A stretch of DNA of 56,427 nt, from the NCBI GenBank assembly GCA_038078615.1, contig JBBTWT010000001.1, forward strand, positions 1-56,427, read 5' to 3'. This stretch comes from Patescibacteria group bacterium. GTDB taxonomy: Bacteria > Patescibacteriota > Minisyncoccia > Moranbacterales > UBA1568. Positions 8,494-18,149 of the stretch are shown here, piece after piece. A program made the translations under genes and the position numbers. The notes beneath the pieces are model-generated. The model was not told the origin of the DNA. It worked only from the letters and a program-made list of their open reading frames with translations, and made no database searches. Position 1 is the first letter of the stretch. Each line of letters opens with the position of its first letter.

Positions 8494-10890
8494 TTATTTC
8501 AGGGATTCGATGATTCCCCGTCTTGCGAATTCCGTCGCGAACACGAGTCGCTCTTTTTCATTCCAGCCTGATGCTGCGGGCAGGATTTTCATGAGTAACG
8601 GCACGATACTGCTGATGATATTGTCGATACCGGCCTGTTCGACAAGCGCCTGAAGCGTCACTTCCGTGTTTTTTTCCGCATACTGCACAAGCGGCAATAT
8701 GCCTTTAGACACCACGCTTGCATATTGTTCTTTCTTCACCATAGGAATGGCCGTTTCCAATGCCTCATACGGCCGTTCTTGAGACGTCGGCTGTTCGGGA
8801 GCGGCTGCACTCGATATTCCTGCTGCCGCTGTCTGTCTTGCCAGATGCTTCACTCCCTCCTCATCATCAGGTGCTCCTCCCGGTACACGCTCCGTACGCG
8901 CGGCATCATCCCTATCTATCGGTTCTATCGGCTTTGCCGCCCGCAGAGTCTTCCTCGGAACAGGCTTCTTTTCCGGCTTCGATCCCGCTGCTTTCTTTTT
9001 CTCCGGAGTCCAGCCGAAATTGCTTCGCAGATACTCCGAAAACTTCTGCGTCCCGCCGGGCTTGATCGTATCCTTGCGCCACTCCGTATCGGAAACGGCT
9101 TTCCTATATTCTATGGCTATCCCCTCAGGGGAAATTGTCCTGATGATAAGCAGAGGCTCTTTGCCTTTTCTGAAAATTTGATTCTCCCTCAACTGTCCTG
9201 AAATTCTTGCAAACAATTTTTCGCCCGGACGCTCTTTGGTTCTCAGTTCTTTTGCTTTCGCTCTGCCCAACGCTCTGTTTTTCTGACTCCAGACAGCCTC
9301 TAACTCCTTATTCGCATCGCCGAGAAAGAGTACCGCTTGTCTCTCATATTTCGTACCTTTGATTTTTTCACCGGATTCCCATAAGGCAGCGTCTGTCTCT
9401 TTCAAAAATTCCCGATGTTTCCCCCTCGTAAAACCGATGTTTCGAATATCCTCAGAAGCCGCGTTCTGTATACGCTCGAGCATCACTCTTGTTTCTTCTG
9501 CGACTGCCTCCCTGAAACGATCGAGTGGCTCCCGGCTTTCAGGTTCTTTTGCCGGCGGCTTTTCACTCGAACCGACATCAACAGTGTTCATATCTCCTGT
9601 AGCGGGCAATGGATCTACAGATGATGTCTCCTGAATTGCCGAAACATCATCTGCTACAACCGGTTGTGCCGGTGTACGACGCCGAGCAGTTCCTGTGCCA
9701 CCGGCTCTCTTCCCCCCTCTCACATCTTGTTCGGGCGTATCGCGAAACCGGGTATGCTGTTTGCCTTTTCTCGCTCGCGGGCGCTTCCTCTCATCAGCGC
9801 TGTTCTTGGCATTTCCATCGCCATTCGAAAACATCCGCTTCTCGAGCATACCCAACCTCTCCAAAACTTTCTTCATATCCTGCGATGACGACTGTCGGTT
9901 GATCGAGGCGAGCAAGCCGTCCACTTCATCGGCGAAATGAGAGGCTGATGGCATATTCTTGACAAGAGCGATCTTCCCGGCTCTGGCAAGATCATATTTT
10001 CTCTGCAGATGTTCCGCTTTCTTATCAAGAAGGATATTGAAATACCCTCTCTCCACCAGCTCGACATCCGGTTCTTCGGATGCATACTTTTTTTCCAGTT
10101 CCCCAAGCACTTCCTCCTTCAATCGCAGAACATTCTCCGGCATTTTGCTTGCAAGAGCGCGGATTTCGGCAAGCAAGCGTATTCTCTGCCAACCACCTCT
10201 CACAAAGCGGTCATCGAGAACATTCCACGCGTTCCCTATTGCTTCGATTTTTTGCCGCAAGATATCCAGATGCGCTGACAATTCCTTTTCTTCCCCGCTT
10301 GTATCCCTGTCTCCAGCCTCGCCGCGTATGCCAGAACCGTATTCCTTTTCAATAGACTCGCCCCATCCCTCTACCGCGTCACTGCTCGCTTCGTATTCCC
10401 GGATGAAGGCACGCGCTACTTTTTCCATTTCTTCCTCATAGACCCTGTAAAACTCCGGATATTTTTCTTTTATCTGATCGACGGCTTCCATCCCTTCGAC
10501 GCCGATCAAGACACGGAAATTCTCAAGCGGTTTCCGCATGACTCTCCTGTCATTTTTGACGCTCCCATCAGGAGAAGCTTCCGTATAAAAAACGACGATA
10601 TCCCCATCTTCCTTCTCTACTCTCTCGACGACGATCCGCCCCCCGCTTTGGGGGTTTTCAAAAATATCCCCTCGTTGAAACTTCTCCGTTTGCTCTTCCG
10701 GCCTGATCTTTTTTTCCGGCCTGACCAATTGCAGAGAGGGCTTCCCTGCTGCGCCTTCTTGTGACGATATCGTTTTCCCCCCTTGCGACTCAGCCAAAGG
10801 AGTGTCCCTCGATACTCCCCGTATTTCTGAAGACATACTTGTAATTTCGCTAAAAAATACCCGACACGCGGATTTCTCTTTTCCACTCAT
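8494..10890 (-). CDS. Large charged hypothetical protein
   Basis: The ORF is open to 10920 (TTG); the first ATG (MSGKEKS) is at 10890. It is Lys/Glu/Arg-rich with no recognisable domain. Confidence 0.5.
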   Translation of the reverse strand: MSGKEKSACRVFFSEITSMSSEIRGVSRDTPLAESQGGKTISSQEGAAGKPSLQLVRPEKKIRPEEQTEKFQRGDIFENPQSGGRIVVERVEKEDGDIVVFYTEASPDGSVKNDRRVMRKPLENFRVLIGVEGMEAVDQIKEKYPEFYRVYEEEMEKVARAFIREYEASSDAVEGWGESIEKEYGSGIRGEAGDRDTSGEEKELSAHLDILRQKIEAIGNAWNVLDDRFVRGGWQRIRLLAEIRALASKMPENVLRLKEEVLGELEKKYASEEPDVELVERGYFNILLDKKAEHLQRKYDLARAGKIALVKNMPSASHFADEVDGLLASINRQSSSQDMKKVLERLGMLEKRMFSNGDGNAKNSADERKRPRARKGKQHTRFRDTPEQDVRGGKRAGGTGTARRRTPAQPVVADDVSAIQETSSVDPLPATGDMNTVDVGSSEKPPAKEPESREPLDRFREAVAEETRVMLERIQNAASEDIRNIGFTRGKHREFLKETDAALWESGEKIKGTKYERQAVLFLGDANKELEAVWSQKNRALGRAKAKELRTKERPGEKLFARISGQLRENQIFRKGKEPLLIIRTISPEGIAIEYRKAVSDTEWRKDTIKPGGTQKFSEYLRSNFGWTPEKKKAAGSKPEKKPVPRKTLRAAKPIEPIDRDDAARTERVPGGAPDDEEGVKHLARQTAAAGISSAAAPEQPTSQERPYEALETAIPMVKKEQYASVVSKGILPLVQYAEKNTEVTLQALVEQAGIDNIISSIVPLLMKILPAASGWNEKERLVFATEFARRGIIESLK

Positions 10891-10931
10891 TCTTGGTATA
10901 ATTTTACCATAGAAACACAAAATAAAAAAAT

Positions 10932-12629
10932 ATGACTGAACGATCCGTTCATCGCCATATCGCGACCTGGGTCATCCTCGGCATCATCCTGATCGTCGCG
11001 TTCGCTGCCAGGATCTATCGCATCGAGAGCATCCCGGCCGGCATCTATCCGGATGAAGCCGCCAATGGCGTCGACGCGCTGCACGCGCTGGAAACCGGGA
11101 ATTTCGAGCTTTTCTATCCCGCCAATTTCGGTCGCGAAGGCCTCTTCATCAACCTCCAGGCGATCTCCATCGCGCTCTTCGGCAATACCATCACCGGGCT
11201 GAAGCTCTGGTCGGTGCTCTTCGGGACATTCTCCGTGCTCGGCATCTATCTCCTCGGCAAGGAACTCTTCCGCAGGCCCGCCCGCAACGATTTGCCAGCC
11301 TATAGTAGCTACACTAGCAGTGTTGCTGACGCGCGTAGCGATTCGGGCGGGCGCGCGGCGGGCATCATTGCCGCATTCATGCTCGCGACATCGTACTGGG
11401 CCATCAATTTCTCGCGCATCGGGTTCCGCGCCATCATGACCACATTCCTCCTCTCCTTCTCCTTTTATTTCTTCTTCCGCGGACTCCGCACCAGACGCCT
11501 GGTGGACTTCCTCGTTTCCGGACTCATCTTCGGCCTCGGGCTCCATACCTATATCGCCTTCCGCGTCGCCCCGCTCATTCTCATCATCCTCCTCCCCGCG
11601 CTCCTACTCTCCTATGAACATTTTCTCCGACGCTTCTGGAAACACACGGCTCTCTTCCTGCTCGGCGCGTTCATCGCGGCCGCGCCGATGCTCTACTATT
11701 TTTTCATCTCGCATCCCGAGGATTTCGCTTCGCGTTCCTCTCATATCTCCGTCTTCGCTCCGGAGATAAACCAGGGCGATCTCTGGGGCACGCTGGCGAA
11801 GACTTTTTCCATCTCGCTCATCAAGTACAATTTCTTCGGCGACCAGAATTGGCGGCACAACTATCCCCCCTATCCGATCCTCGATCCGTTCGTCGGGACA
11901 TTCTTCCTCGCCGGCTTCCTCTACGTCATCTGGCAGACGGTCACGCTGCTCGGCCGGCGCATCCGCGAAGGCGACCGGGACACGCGACTCGTCACCGATT
12001 TCTTTCTTCTCGGATCATTCTTCGTCATGCTGATGCCGGAATTTCTCACGGACGAAGGGCTGCCGCACGCGCTCCGTTCCATCGGCACCCAGACGCCGGT
12101 CTTCCTGATGGCCGCCCTGCCGGCATTCTGGATCATGCAGAAAGCGCTCCGTTCCGCGTCGGGCGCGCGCATCGCCTTTCTTGCGATACTCCTGATCGCC
12201 CTCTCCGGAAGCGCCGTCTTCAATCTGACGAAGTATTTCGTATTCTTCGCGGCAAGCCCCGTCGCGGCCGGCTCTTTCAATGAAAACTACACCGATATGG
12301 GCCGTTATCTCCTCTCGCTGCCGGCGGACATGAACAAATATATGCTCGTCGACGCCAAAGGCAGTGCCGACCGTTTCCGTATGCCCGTCTTCGCGCATCC
12401 GACCTATTTCCTCACCTACGGACGTGTCGCCCATCTCGAGATCGTGCAAAGCGATACCGTCCTCCGCCGACCGGGGATATTCCTCATGCTCAATTACGAC
12501 GGCGCCCTCGCGGAGCGGATCCGACAATTCTATCCGGATGCCTCTGTAGAGCGCATCGATATGAGACCGGACCGTACGGGCGGAGATTTCGATGTGATCG
12601 TCCTGCCTTCGGCAGAAAAGAAAAAATGA
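10932..12629 (+). CDS. GT39/ArnT-like (PMT family) polytopic membrane glycosyltransferase
   Basis: 565 aa with many TM helices. The N-terminal signature YRIESIPAGIYPDEAANGVDA is typical of ArnT/PMT-type enzymes. Confidence 0.75.
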   Translation: MTERSVHRHIATWVILGIILIVAFAARIYRIESIPAGIYPDEAANGVDALHALETGNFELFYPANFGREGLFINLQAISIALFGNTITGLKLWSVLFGTFSVLGIYLLGKELFRRPARNDLPAYSSYTSSVADARSDSGGRAAGIIAAFMLATSYWAINFSRIGFRAIMTTFLLSFSFYFFFRGLRTRRLVDFLVSGLIFGLGLHTYIAFRVAPLILIILLPALLLSYEHFLRRFWKHTALFLLGAFIAAAPMLYYFFISHPEDFASRSSHISVFAPEINQGDLWGTLAKTFSISLIKYNFFGDQNWRHNYPPYPILDPFVGTFFLAGFLYVIWQTVTLLGRRIREGDRDTRLVTDFFLLGSFFVMLMPEFLTDEGLPHALRSIGTQTPVFLMAALPAFWIMQKALRSASGARIAFLAILLIALSGSAVFNLTKYFVFFAASPVAAGSFNENYTDMGRYLLSLPADMNKYMLVDAKGSADRFRMPVFAHPTYFLTYGRVAHLEIVQSDTVLRRPGIFLMLNYDGALAERIRQFYPDASVERIDMRPDRTGGDFDVIVLPSAEKKK

Positions 12630-12630
12630 T

Positions 12631-14529
12631 ATGGACTCCTTGAAAAAACACGCGAATTGGATCGTTGCCGGCATCCTCTTGCTCCATTTCGCCGTTTCTC
12701 TCTCGGTTTCTGCGCAGGAGTCGGCGATCTATGACGAGAAGGCGCATATCCCGGCAGCCTACAGCTATGTCCGCTACGGCGATATGCGGCTCAACCCCGA
12801 ACATCCGCCGCTCCTCAAGGATCTCGCGGGGCTCCCCTTCCTCGCTCTGCAGCCGGCGTTCCCTCTCCAGTCGAGCGAATGGCAAGCTGGCGTCAACGAG
12901 CAATGGGCGATCGGCGATATGTTCATCAACTGCACGAGGCCGGATATGCTCTGCAATGATGCCGACGCCCTCCTCTTCTGGTCGCGCCTGCCGATCATCC
13001 TGCTGTCCGTCCTGCTCGGCATCATGCTGTTCGTCTGGACCAAGGCGCTCGGCGGGACGCTCGCCGGGCTGTTCGCGGTCACCCTCTATGCCGCCGATCC
13101 CAACATCATCGCCCACAACCACTACGTGACGACCGATCTCGGCAGCGCCGCTTTCATCTTCGCCGCATCTTATTTCTTCGTCCGCTTCCTGAAGGCTCCG
13201 AGTCTCAAGAACGTCGTCGTCGCAGGCATCTTTCTGGGGCTCGCGGAACTCGCGAAATTTTCCGCGGTCCTTCTCTTTCCCCTGTTCGGATTGTTCGCCA
13301 TCCTCTACGCCCTGACGAAACAGAGACCGGAAAGTGATGCAGGGAACATGATCTCTTTCAAGCTGCGGACACTTTTTCAATACGGATTCAAATTCACCGG
13401 AAGCGTTCTCGTCTGTTTCGCGCTCATCTGGTCGCTCTATGCGTGGAATACAATTAACATGCCCGGCGAGAAACTTGTCGATGCCGCCGACCTCTACCTC
13501 TCGCAGCAGAATGCTCCCGCCATGTTCGCCCACGCTCTCGTCGTAAACACGAGCGGATCGGAGCTCCTCAAGCCGTTCTCCGAATATTTCCTCGGCGTCG
13601 CCATGGTCTTCTCGCGTGTCGCCAGCGGCAACCCCCACTATTTTCTCGGCGAGGTCTCCAGCCAATCGTCCCCTTGGTATTTCCCCGTCGTATTTCTTCT
13701 CAAGGAAACGCTCCCGTTCCTGTTCCTCCTGTTCTTCGCCCTGTGCTATTCCCTGTACCGCATAGGCGCATCCGTAGCCGCCGGACATATCCGTTCCCTT
13801 TCCTCGTTCTTCGCGTTCGTCGGCCGCTCGATCCGGAGAAAGCCGGCTCAGTACCTTGCCGCATCCTTCATCCTCCTGTACGGCTACGTCAGCATCACCG
13901 GCAATCTCACCATCGGCTTCCGTCATCTCTTTCCTATTCTGCCGTTCCTCTATATGCTCGTCGCTAAGACCGTCTTCGATTTCCTGAAACGCCGTCAGGC
14001 CGAACCGGCGACACACAAGACGTGCTCTTGGATTTTCGGCATCATGGTATTCATAATCGCCGCCATTCCCGTGCTCGCGTATCCGGGATACCTCTCCTAT
14101 TTCAATCCCGCGGCCGGCGGCAATGCGAACGGCTACAGATACGTCACGGATTCCAACTATGACTGGGGGCAAGACCTGAAGAATCTCGATGGCTTCGTCG
14201 AAACGCACAATCGCTGCAAGGCCGGTACGGAAAGCCAGAGCGAGACCGGGCGCTGCGCCATCACGGCCGGCTATCCGGCCATCGATAGGATCCGCGTCGA
14301 TTACTTCGGCGGCGGGAGCCCGATCTACTATCTCCAGGACAAGTACATCCCCTGGTGGGACAAGCGGGAGCCCGAATCCGGCTGGTATGCCATCTCGTCA
14401 TTCTTCTATCAGGAAAGCCTCTACCGGCAGAAACGGCCGGAGGAGCGCAATTACGAGTGGCTGCAAAACATACAGCCGGTCACCCGCGCCGGCGATTCCA
14501 TCTTCATCTATTACATCCCGGAGAAATGA
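12631..14529 (+). CDS. GT39/PMT-like phospholipid-carrier-dependent glycosyltransferase
   Basis: 632 aa and polytopic. It contains the YDEKAHIPAAYSYVRYGDMRLNPEHPPLLKDLAGLP motif. Its ATG is 2 nt after the stop of the upstream paralogue. Confidence 0.75.
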   Translation: MDSLKKHANWIVAGILLLHFAVSLSVSAQESAIYDEKAHIPAAYSYVRYGDMRLNPEHPPLLKDLAGLPFLALQPAFPLQSSEWQAGVNEQWAIGDMFINCTRPDMLCNDADALLFWSRLPIILLSVLLGIMLFVWTKALGGTLAGLFAVTLYAADPNIIAHNHYVTTDLGSAAFIFAASYFFVRFLKAPSLKNVVVAGIFLGLAELAKFSAVLLFPLFGLFAILYALTKQRPESDAGNMISFKLRTLFQYGFKFTGSVLVCFALIWSLYAWNTINMPGEKLVDAADLYLSQQNAPAMFAHALVVNTSGSELLKPFSEYFLGVAMVFSRVASGNPHYFLGEVSSQSSPWYFPVVFLLKETLPFLFLLFFALCYSLYRIGASVAAGHIRSLSSFFAFVGRSIRRKPAQYLAASFILLYGYVSITGNLTIGFRHLFPILPFLYMLVAKTVFDFLKRRQAEPATHKTCSWIFGIMVFIIAAIPVLAYPGYLSYFNPAAGGNANGYRYVTDSNYDWGQDLKNLDGFVETHNRCKAGTESQSETGRCAITAGYPAIDRIRVDYFGGGSPIYYLQDKYIPWWDKREPESGWYAISSFFYQESLYRQKRPEERNYEWLQNIQPVTRAGDSIFIYYIPEK

Positions 14530-14544
14530 AACAATCACATAAGC

Positions 14545-14574
14545 AAAAAAGAGAGGCTCTCGCCTCTCTTTTTT
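14545..14574. terminator. Bidirectional rho-independent terminator
   Basis: AAAAAA-GAGAGGC-tctc-GCCTCTC-TTTTTT, sited between the convergent GT39 and ftsQ genes. Confidence 0.75.
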
Positions 14575-14773
14575 ATATTTCCCAAGACATTTCTTTTTCT
14601 TGCTCCGGTTCTCCGTCGGTAACTTTTTGCGACGAAAGTGTTGCTAGAAACGGAGCGTGACGCGTTTTCGCAGGACAGTGACGTTTCTCAACGACTGAGT
14701 CGGACCCTCCGTAGGCGGGCAGGAAAGTTCGATGGAGAAAAAGGGAGAGAAAAAGAAATGTCTTGGGAAATAT
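14575..14773. repeat. 199-nt intergenic element 'A' with 26-bp perfect terminal inverted repeats (candidate structured RNA or MITE)
   Basis: 14575-14600 is the exact reverse complement of 14748-14773. The core shares colinear blocks with 21188-21365. Confidence 0.7.
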
Positions 14774-14800
14774 TTACCCCACCAAGGAGACGCCCTCTTA

Positions 14801-15772
14801 TTATTTCTTTTTCTTGGGTTCAGCTTCCATTTTCTTTTCTTCCGTCGGTACGGGAGGCACGGTATCAGACGGATTCTCCATATTCTCTCCCTCGCGAAAA
14901 GCGTAGTACGCGCGGTTTTCCGTCCGCAGATCGATATAGGCGAGCGTGGCGCGCCTCCCTTGCGGCAGCTCTTTTTCGAACAGGAGCTTGAGCGTGCGAA
15001 GCGATGACTCGATCGGAATATCCGTTCCGAAATACGCCTCCCATCCCTCCTCCGTCCTGACACGCAGCTCGTCGGCGAAGCGCGATGCGGTCGTATACCG
15101 CGGTTCGATCGCTATCCCCAGCCGTTCCGGAAACAGTCCGCTCATCCGGACAGCGAATGCTCCGTATTCCGGGTCAAGCACGGTCTCTCCGGGCGCCGTC
15201 GGCTTGCCGCTCGTGTCGGTGATCAGCAGCGCATACGGCATATTTTCCGGAGAGAGCGCCCGGCTGCCGTCATGCGCGACACCCGCTTCATCGATGAGCA
15301 GACACCGGTCGTCGGAACACCAGAGGAGGATCTTCTGCCGTTCGGTCACTTCGACACGCAGGCTGTCCGGAAAAACGCGCGTCACGCTGACAGAAGCGAG
15401 CAGCGGATATTCCATACGCAGACGCTCGGCGATTGTCTGCGGCCGCACTGCGAAAAATCCGCGCTTGGGAACAATACCGGCGTACTTCCCCGTTACCTGA
15501 TTTTCCACAAAGTCACGCAGCGTCTTTTCGGAAATCTCGCTCATCCCCATGATACGCGGCTCGCCGATGAGAAAGAATACGGAGAAGAATGCTATGTAGA
15601 CGAACGTTCCCGCTAAAAGTATCCACAAAAAAAAGATACCCGCGGAACTGTGCTGATTTTGCTGTTTCGCGACGCTCCGTTCCGCGCGCCGTGCCGGCAA
15701 GCCTTTGCGCAGGAACCGCATCGCTCCTTTTTCGCGGCGTTTCCGATCGCCCTGTTTCGACAAGAACCACAT
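14801..15772 (-). CDS. ftsQ: Cell division protein FtsQ/DivIB (POTRA domain)
   Basis: A TM helix (IFFLWILLAGTFVYIAFFSVFFL) is followed by a POTRA-like segment and VSVTRVFPDSLRVEVTERQKILLW. The ORF is open to 15817, but the ATG at 15772 avoids overlap with holB. Confidence 0.7.
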   Translation of the reverse strand: MWFLSKQGDRKRREKGAMRFLRKGLPARRAERSVAKQQNQHSSAGIFFLWILLAGTFVYIAFFSVFFLIGEPRIMGMSEISEKTLRDFVENQVTGKYAGIVPKRGFFAVRPQTIAERLRMEYPLLASVSVTRVFPDSLRVEVTERQKILLWCSDDRCLLIDEAGVAHDGSRALSPENMPYALLITDTSGKPTAPGETVLDPEYGAFAVRMSGLFPERLGIAIEPRYTTASRFADELRVRTEEGWEAYFGTDIPIESSLRTLKLLFEKELPQGRRATLAYIDLRTENRAYYAFREGENMENPSDTVPPVPTEEKKMEAEPKKKK

Positions 15773-15776
15773 ATGC

Positions 15777-16691
15777 CTAGATCGCAAAGAATAATTTTTC
15801 CAAGAGCAGCCGCGCATTGCTTTGCGTCGTTTTGAGCAGTATCAGAGTCTGCTCCACTTCATCCAACAGCCCGAGGAAACGCGCCGTGTAACGCGCATCG
15901 GAGCCTTTGAGCGCCTGCGTATGGAGTCCCGGCAGCCACCACTCGAGCAATCGCACCGTCTCGGGAACGTTTTTCGCGAGCTCTTCCGCCAATTTCAGCC
16001 GCTCGCCGAGCGCAAGCGAAGAGAGGCGGAACAGCCTCCCGAGCTTCTCTTTCTCTTCGGCAAAACTCTGCGGATCCTGTGCGGCCCGCACCGCCATACC
16101 CGGTCGGCCGAGGGCGAAAAAGAACGGTGCGATAGCGTGTTCCGCATTCTTCGCGAACAACGCGTCGATACCCTCTTCTATGTCCTCCGCAGGGACATAC
16201 CCGAACCGAACTCTCTCCACGCGCGACAGGACCGTCGGCACTATGCTGCCCACTTCATGCGTCACCAGTATGATCACGGCCGTAGGGTTCGGCTCCTCGA
16301 GCGTCTTCAGGATCACGTTCTGCGCGGTAGGCGAAAGCTTGTGCGCCTCCTCTATGATCACGACGCGGAAACGCCCCTGCGCCGGAAAGCTTCCCAAAAA
16401 GGACAGCGCGTCACGCATGGTTTCGGCGGAGATGTTCTTCTGTTTCAGCACACCTCGTTTCATCTCTTCTTCCGGTCGAACGATGCGCACATCAAACGGG
16501 TGCGGCTTGTGTTCACTCGGTTCGAAGTCGAACTCATCGGCAAGCCTCGCGGCAAATTCCAGCGCGCACAGGCTTTTCCCGACGCCTTGCGGCCCCACGA
16601 AAAGATAGCTCTGGGCGATTCTATCCTGCAGCGCCAGCATTTTCAGCCGTTCCCTTTCTTTTGTATGACCGATGATGAACATATAATTCAA
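15777..16691 (-). CDS. holB: DNA polymerase III delta' subunit
   Basis: Motifs SYLFVGPQGVGKSLCALEFA and VIIEEAHKLSPTAQNVILKTLEEP are present. The start codon is TTG. Confidence 0.8.
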   Translation of the reverse strand: MNYMFIIGHTKERERLKMLALQDRIAQSYLFVGPQGVGKSLCALEFAARLADEFDFEPSEHKPHPFDVRIVRPEEEMKRGVLKQKNISAETMRDALSFLGSFPAQGRFRVVIIEEAHKLSPTAQNVILKTLEEPNPTAVIILVTHEVGSIVPTVLSRVERVRFGYVPAEDIEEGIDALFAKNAEHAIAPFFFALGRPGMAVRAAQDPQSFAEEKEKLGRLFRLSSLALGERLKLAEELAKNVPETVRLLEWWLPGLHTQALKGSDARYTARFLGLLDEVEQTLILLKTTQSNARLLLEKLFFAI

Positions 16692-16712
16692 AGTAGAAGC
16701 GGTTACATTTAG

Positions 16713-16870
16713 GTATCACTGCCGCAAGAACCTTTCCGGGAGAGTTGAAGTTTTTTCGAGCACGGTTCCGGACTGCCTCGGCGGGACGGATCGAAAAAAG
16801 TTCATAAGCGGGTTTCGCCCGCTGGGGCGAATGAGCGACGCCCGGGGAGGTTGCTTGCGGTCAGTGATAC
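16713..16870. ncRNA. Candidate structured RNA 'C' (long closing stem, internal 9-bp stem, small hairpin); identity unknown
   Basis: 16713-16732 pairs with 16849-16870 (20 bp with two 1-nt bulges), extended by CCGGG/CCCGG. There is an internal stem TTTTTTCGA/TCGAAAAAA (16751-16759 with 16791-16799) and a hairpin AGCGGG-tttcg-CCCGCT (16807-16823). Confidence 0.3.
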
Positions 16871-16882
16871 TCACCGACTTTC

Positions 16883-18067
16883 TCAAATATTTTTTTCCAA
16901 AAAATTCTTTATCCCGTTCTGAAAATTCTCTTTCGTCAGATGCGCTACGGATTGTTTCATCGCCGCCTCATCGTACTTTCCCTCCCGCTCAAGGAAACGC
17001 CGCACGCCTTCCGCGATGATTTCCGGCGTCTGGGAATGGAACAGTTCCCCGGTGTCGCCGGGTCTCACGATCTCCCGGATACCGCCATACTCGTACGCGA
17101 TGACCGGCGTGCCGAAAGACAACGCTTCCGCCGCCACCATGCCGAAATCCTCTTCCGATGGGAACACGACCGCTCGCGCTCCCTGATACAATTTGACGAG
17201 CTCATCGTCTCCGACAAAACCGGCAAAACGGATATGCTTTCCTGCTATGCGTTCAAGTGCCTTGCGCTCTGTCCCGTCCCCGACGATCAGGAGAGGAAAC
17301 CCGAGCTTGTTGAACGCCTCGATCACCGCATCGGTTTTCTTCGACCTCGTCAGCCGCGATACGACCAGAAAGTGACGGCGGCTCTTGCCGTCATCTTGAC
17401 CCGCCGGATGGCAAGGAAGGATCTCTGTATTGTCATGCAATTCCATAGCACCCGGGTAGACGACCATACTCTCGCGGCGATAGTATTTCTGCACGCGCGC
17501 CTGGGTAAATTTCGAGTTCGTTATCAGGACATCCGGACGTTCCGCCGCCTGCCGATCCCATACGCGCAGATAGGATATCAGCATCCGCGTGAAAATGCGG
17601 AATCTGCCGCGTGCGCCAAGCTCGCCCAGATACTGCTCATGATAGTCCCACGCGTAACGCATCGGGGAGTGCAGGTACGCGATATGCTTCGTATCGAGAC
17701 GGGTAATGATGCCCTTGCTCCACGCACCGGATGAAGAGATCACCAGATCGAAATCCCGCAGATCGAACGACTCGACCGCGACCGGAAACAACGGCAGGAA
17801 CAGCCGGTAGCGCTTCTTGAGAAACTTCGGCAGCTTCGACAGCCACGATACGCGGATATCCCTGCCCCTGAAACGCTCGGCGACGAGCTTGGGATCGGCA
17901 AGCAGCGTATAGATCGGCGCCTGGGGATACATCTCCGCGATCGCCTGAAACACCCGCTCCGCTCCGCCGTAAGCCACCAAAAAATCATGCACAAGCGCCA
18001 CTTTTTGAGGCTTCTTTCCGCCAGTTGTAGTGGCTTGACCCTGTACAAATTCTTGAGACATCTTCAT
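16883..18067 (-). CDS. Glycosyltransferase family 4 (GT-B fold)
   Basis: It contains the EEDFGMVAAEALSFGTPVIAYEYGGIREIV (EX7E-type) motif. Confidence 0.8.
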   Translation of the reverse strand: MKMSQEFVQGQATTTGGKKPQKVALVHDFLVAYGGAERVFQAIAEMYPQAPIYTLLADPKLVAERFRGRDIRVSWLSKLPKFLKKRYRLFLPLFPVAVESFDLRDFDLVISSSGAWSKGIITRLDTKHIAYLHSPMRYAWDYHEQYLGELGARGRFRIFTRMLISYLRVWDRQAAERPDVLITNSKFTQARVQKYYRRESMVVYPGAMELHDNTEILPCHPAGQDDGKSRRHFLVVSRLTRSKKTDAVIEAFNKLGFPLLIVGDGTERKALERIAGKHIRFAGFVGDDELVKLYQGARAVVFPSEEDFGMVAAEALSFGTPVIAYEYGGIREIVRPGDTGELFHSQTPEIIAEGVRRFLEREGKYDEAAMKQSVAHLTKENFQNGIKNFLEKNI

Positions 18068-18149
18068 TTCAATAAAAATTATAAGCCGAAGGCGCCTTAC
18101 GGCTCTTATCCCTACAATTAAGCCAATATTCAGTATGATTTGTACAGGG

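Noticed and set aside
11290-11345. AGCT- and CGCG-containing short palindromes (GTAGCTAC, ACGCGCGT) inside the first GT39 ORF, possibly another in-frame repeat insertion.
   Set aside because: There is no tandem periodicity and no second copy. The evidence is insufficient to separate this from ordinary coding sequence without an alignment to orthologues.
16760-16790. GGTTCCGGA / GTCCGGAAC segment, considered as the SRP RNA helix-8 GGAA tetraloop motif. A similar check was made at 50080-50110.
   Set aside because: The flanking bases do not close a GNRA tetraloop, and the conserved AGCAGC-type symmetric-loop sequence is absent.
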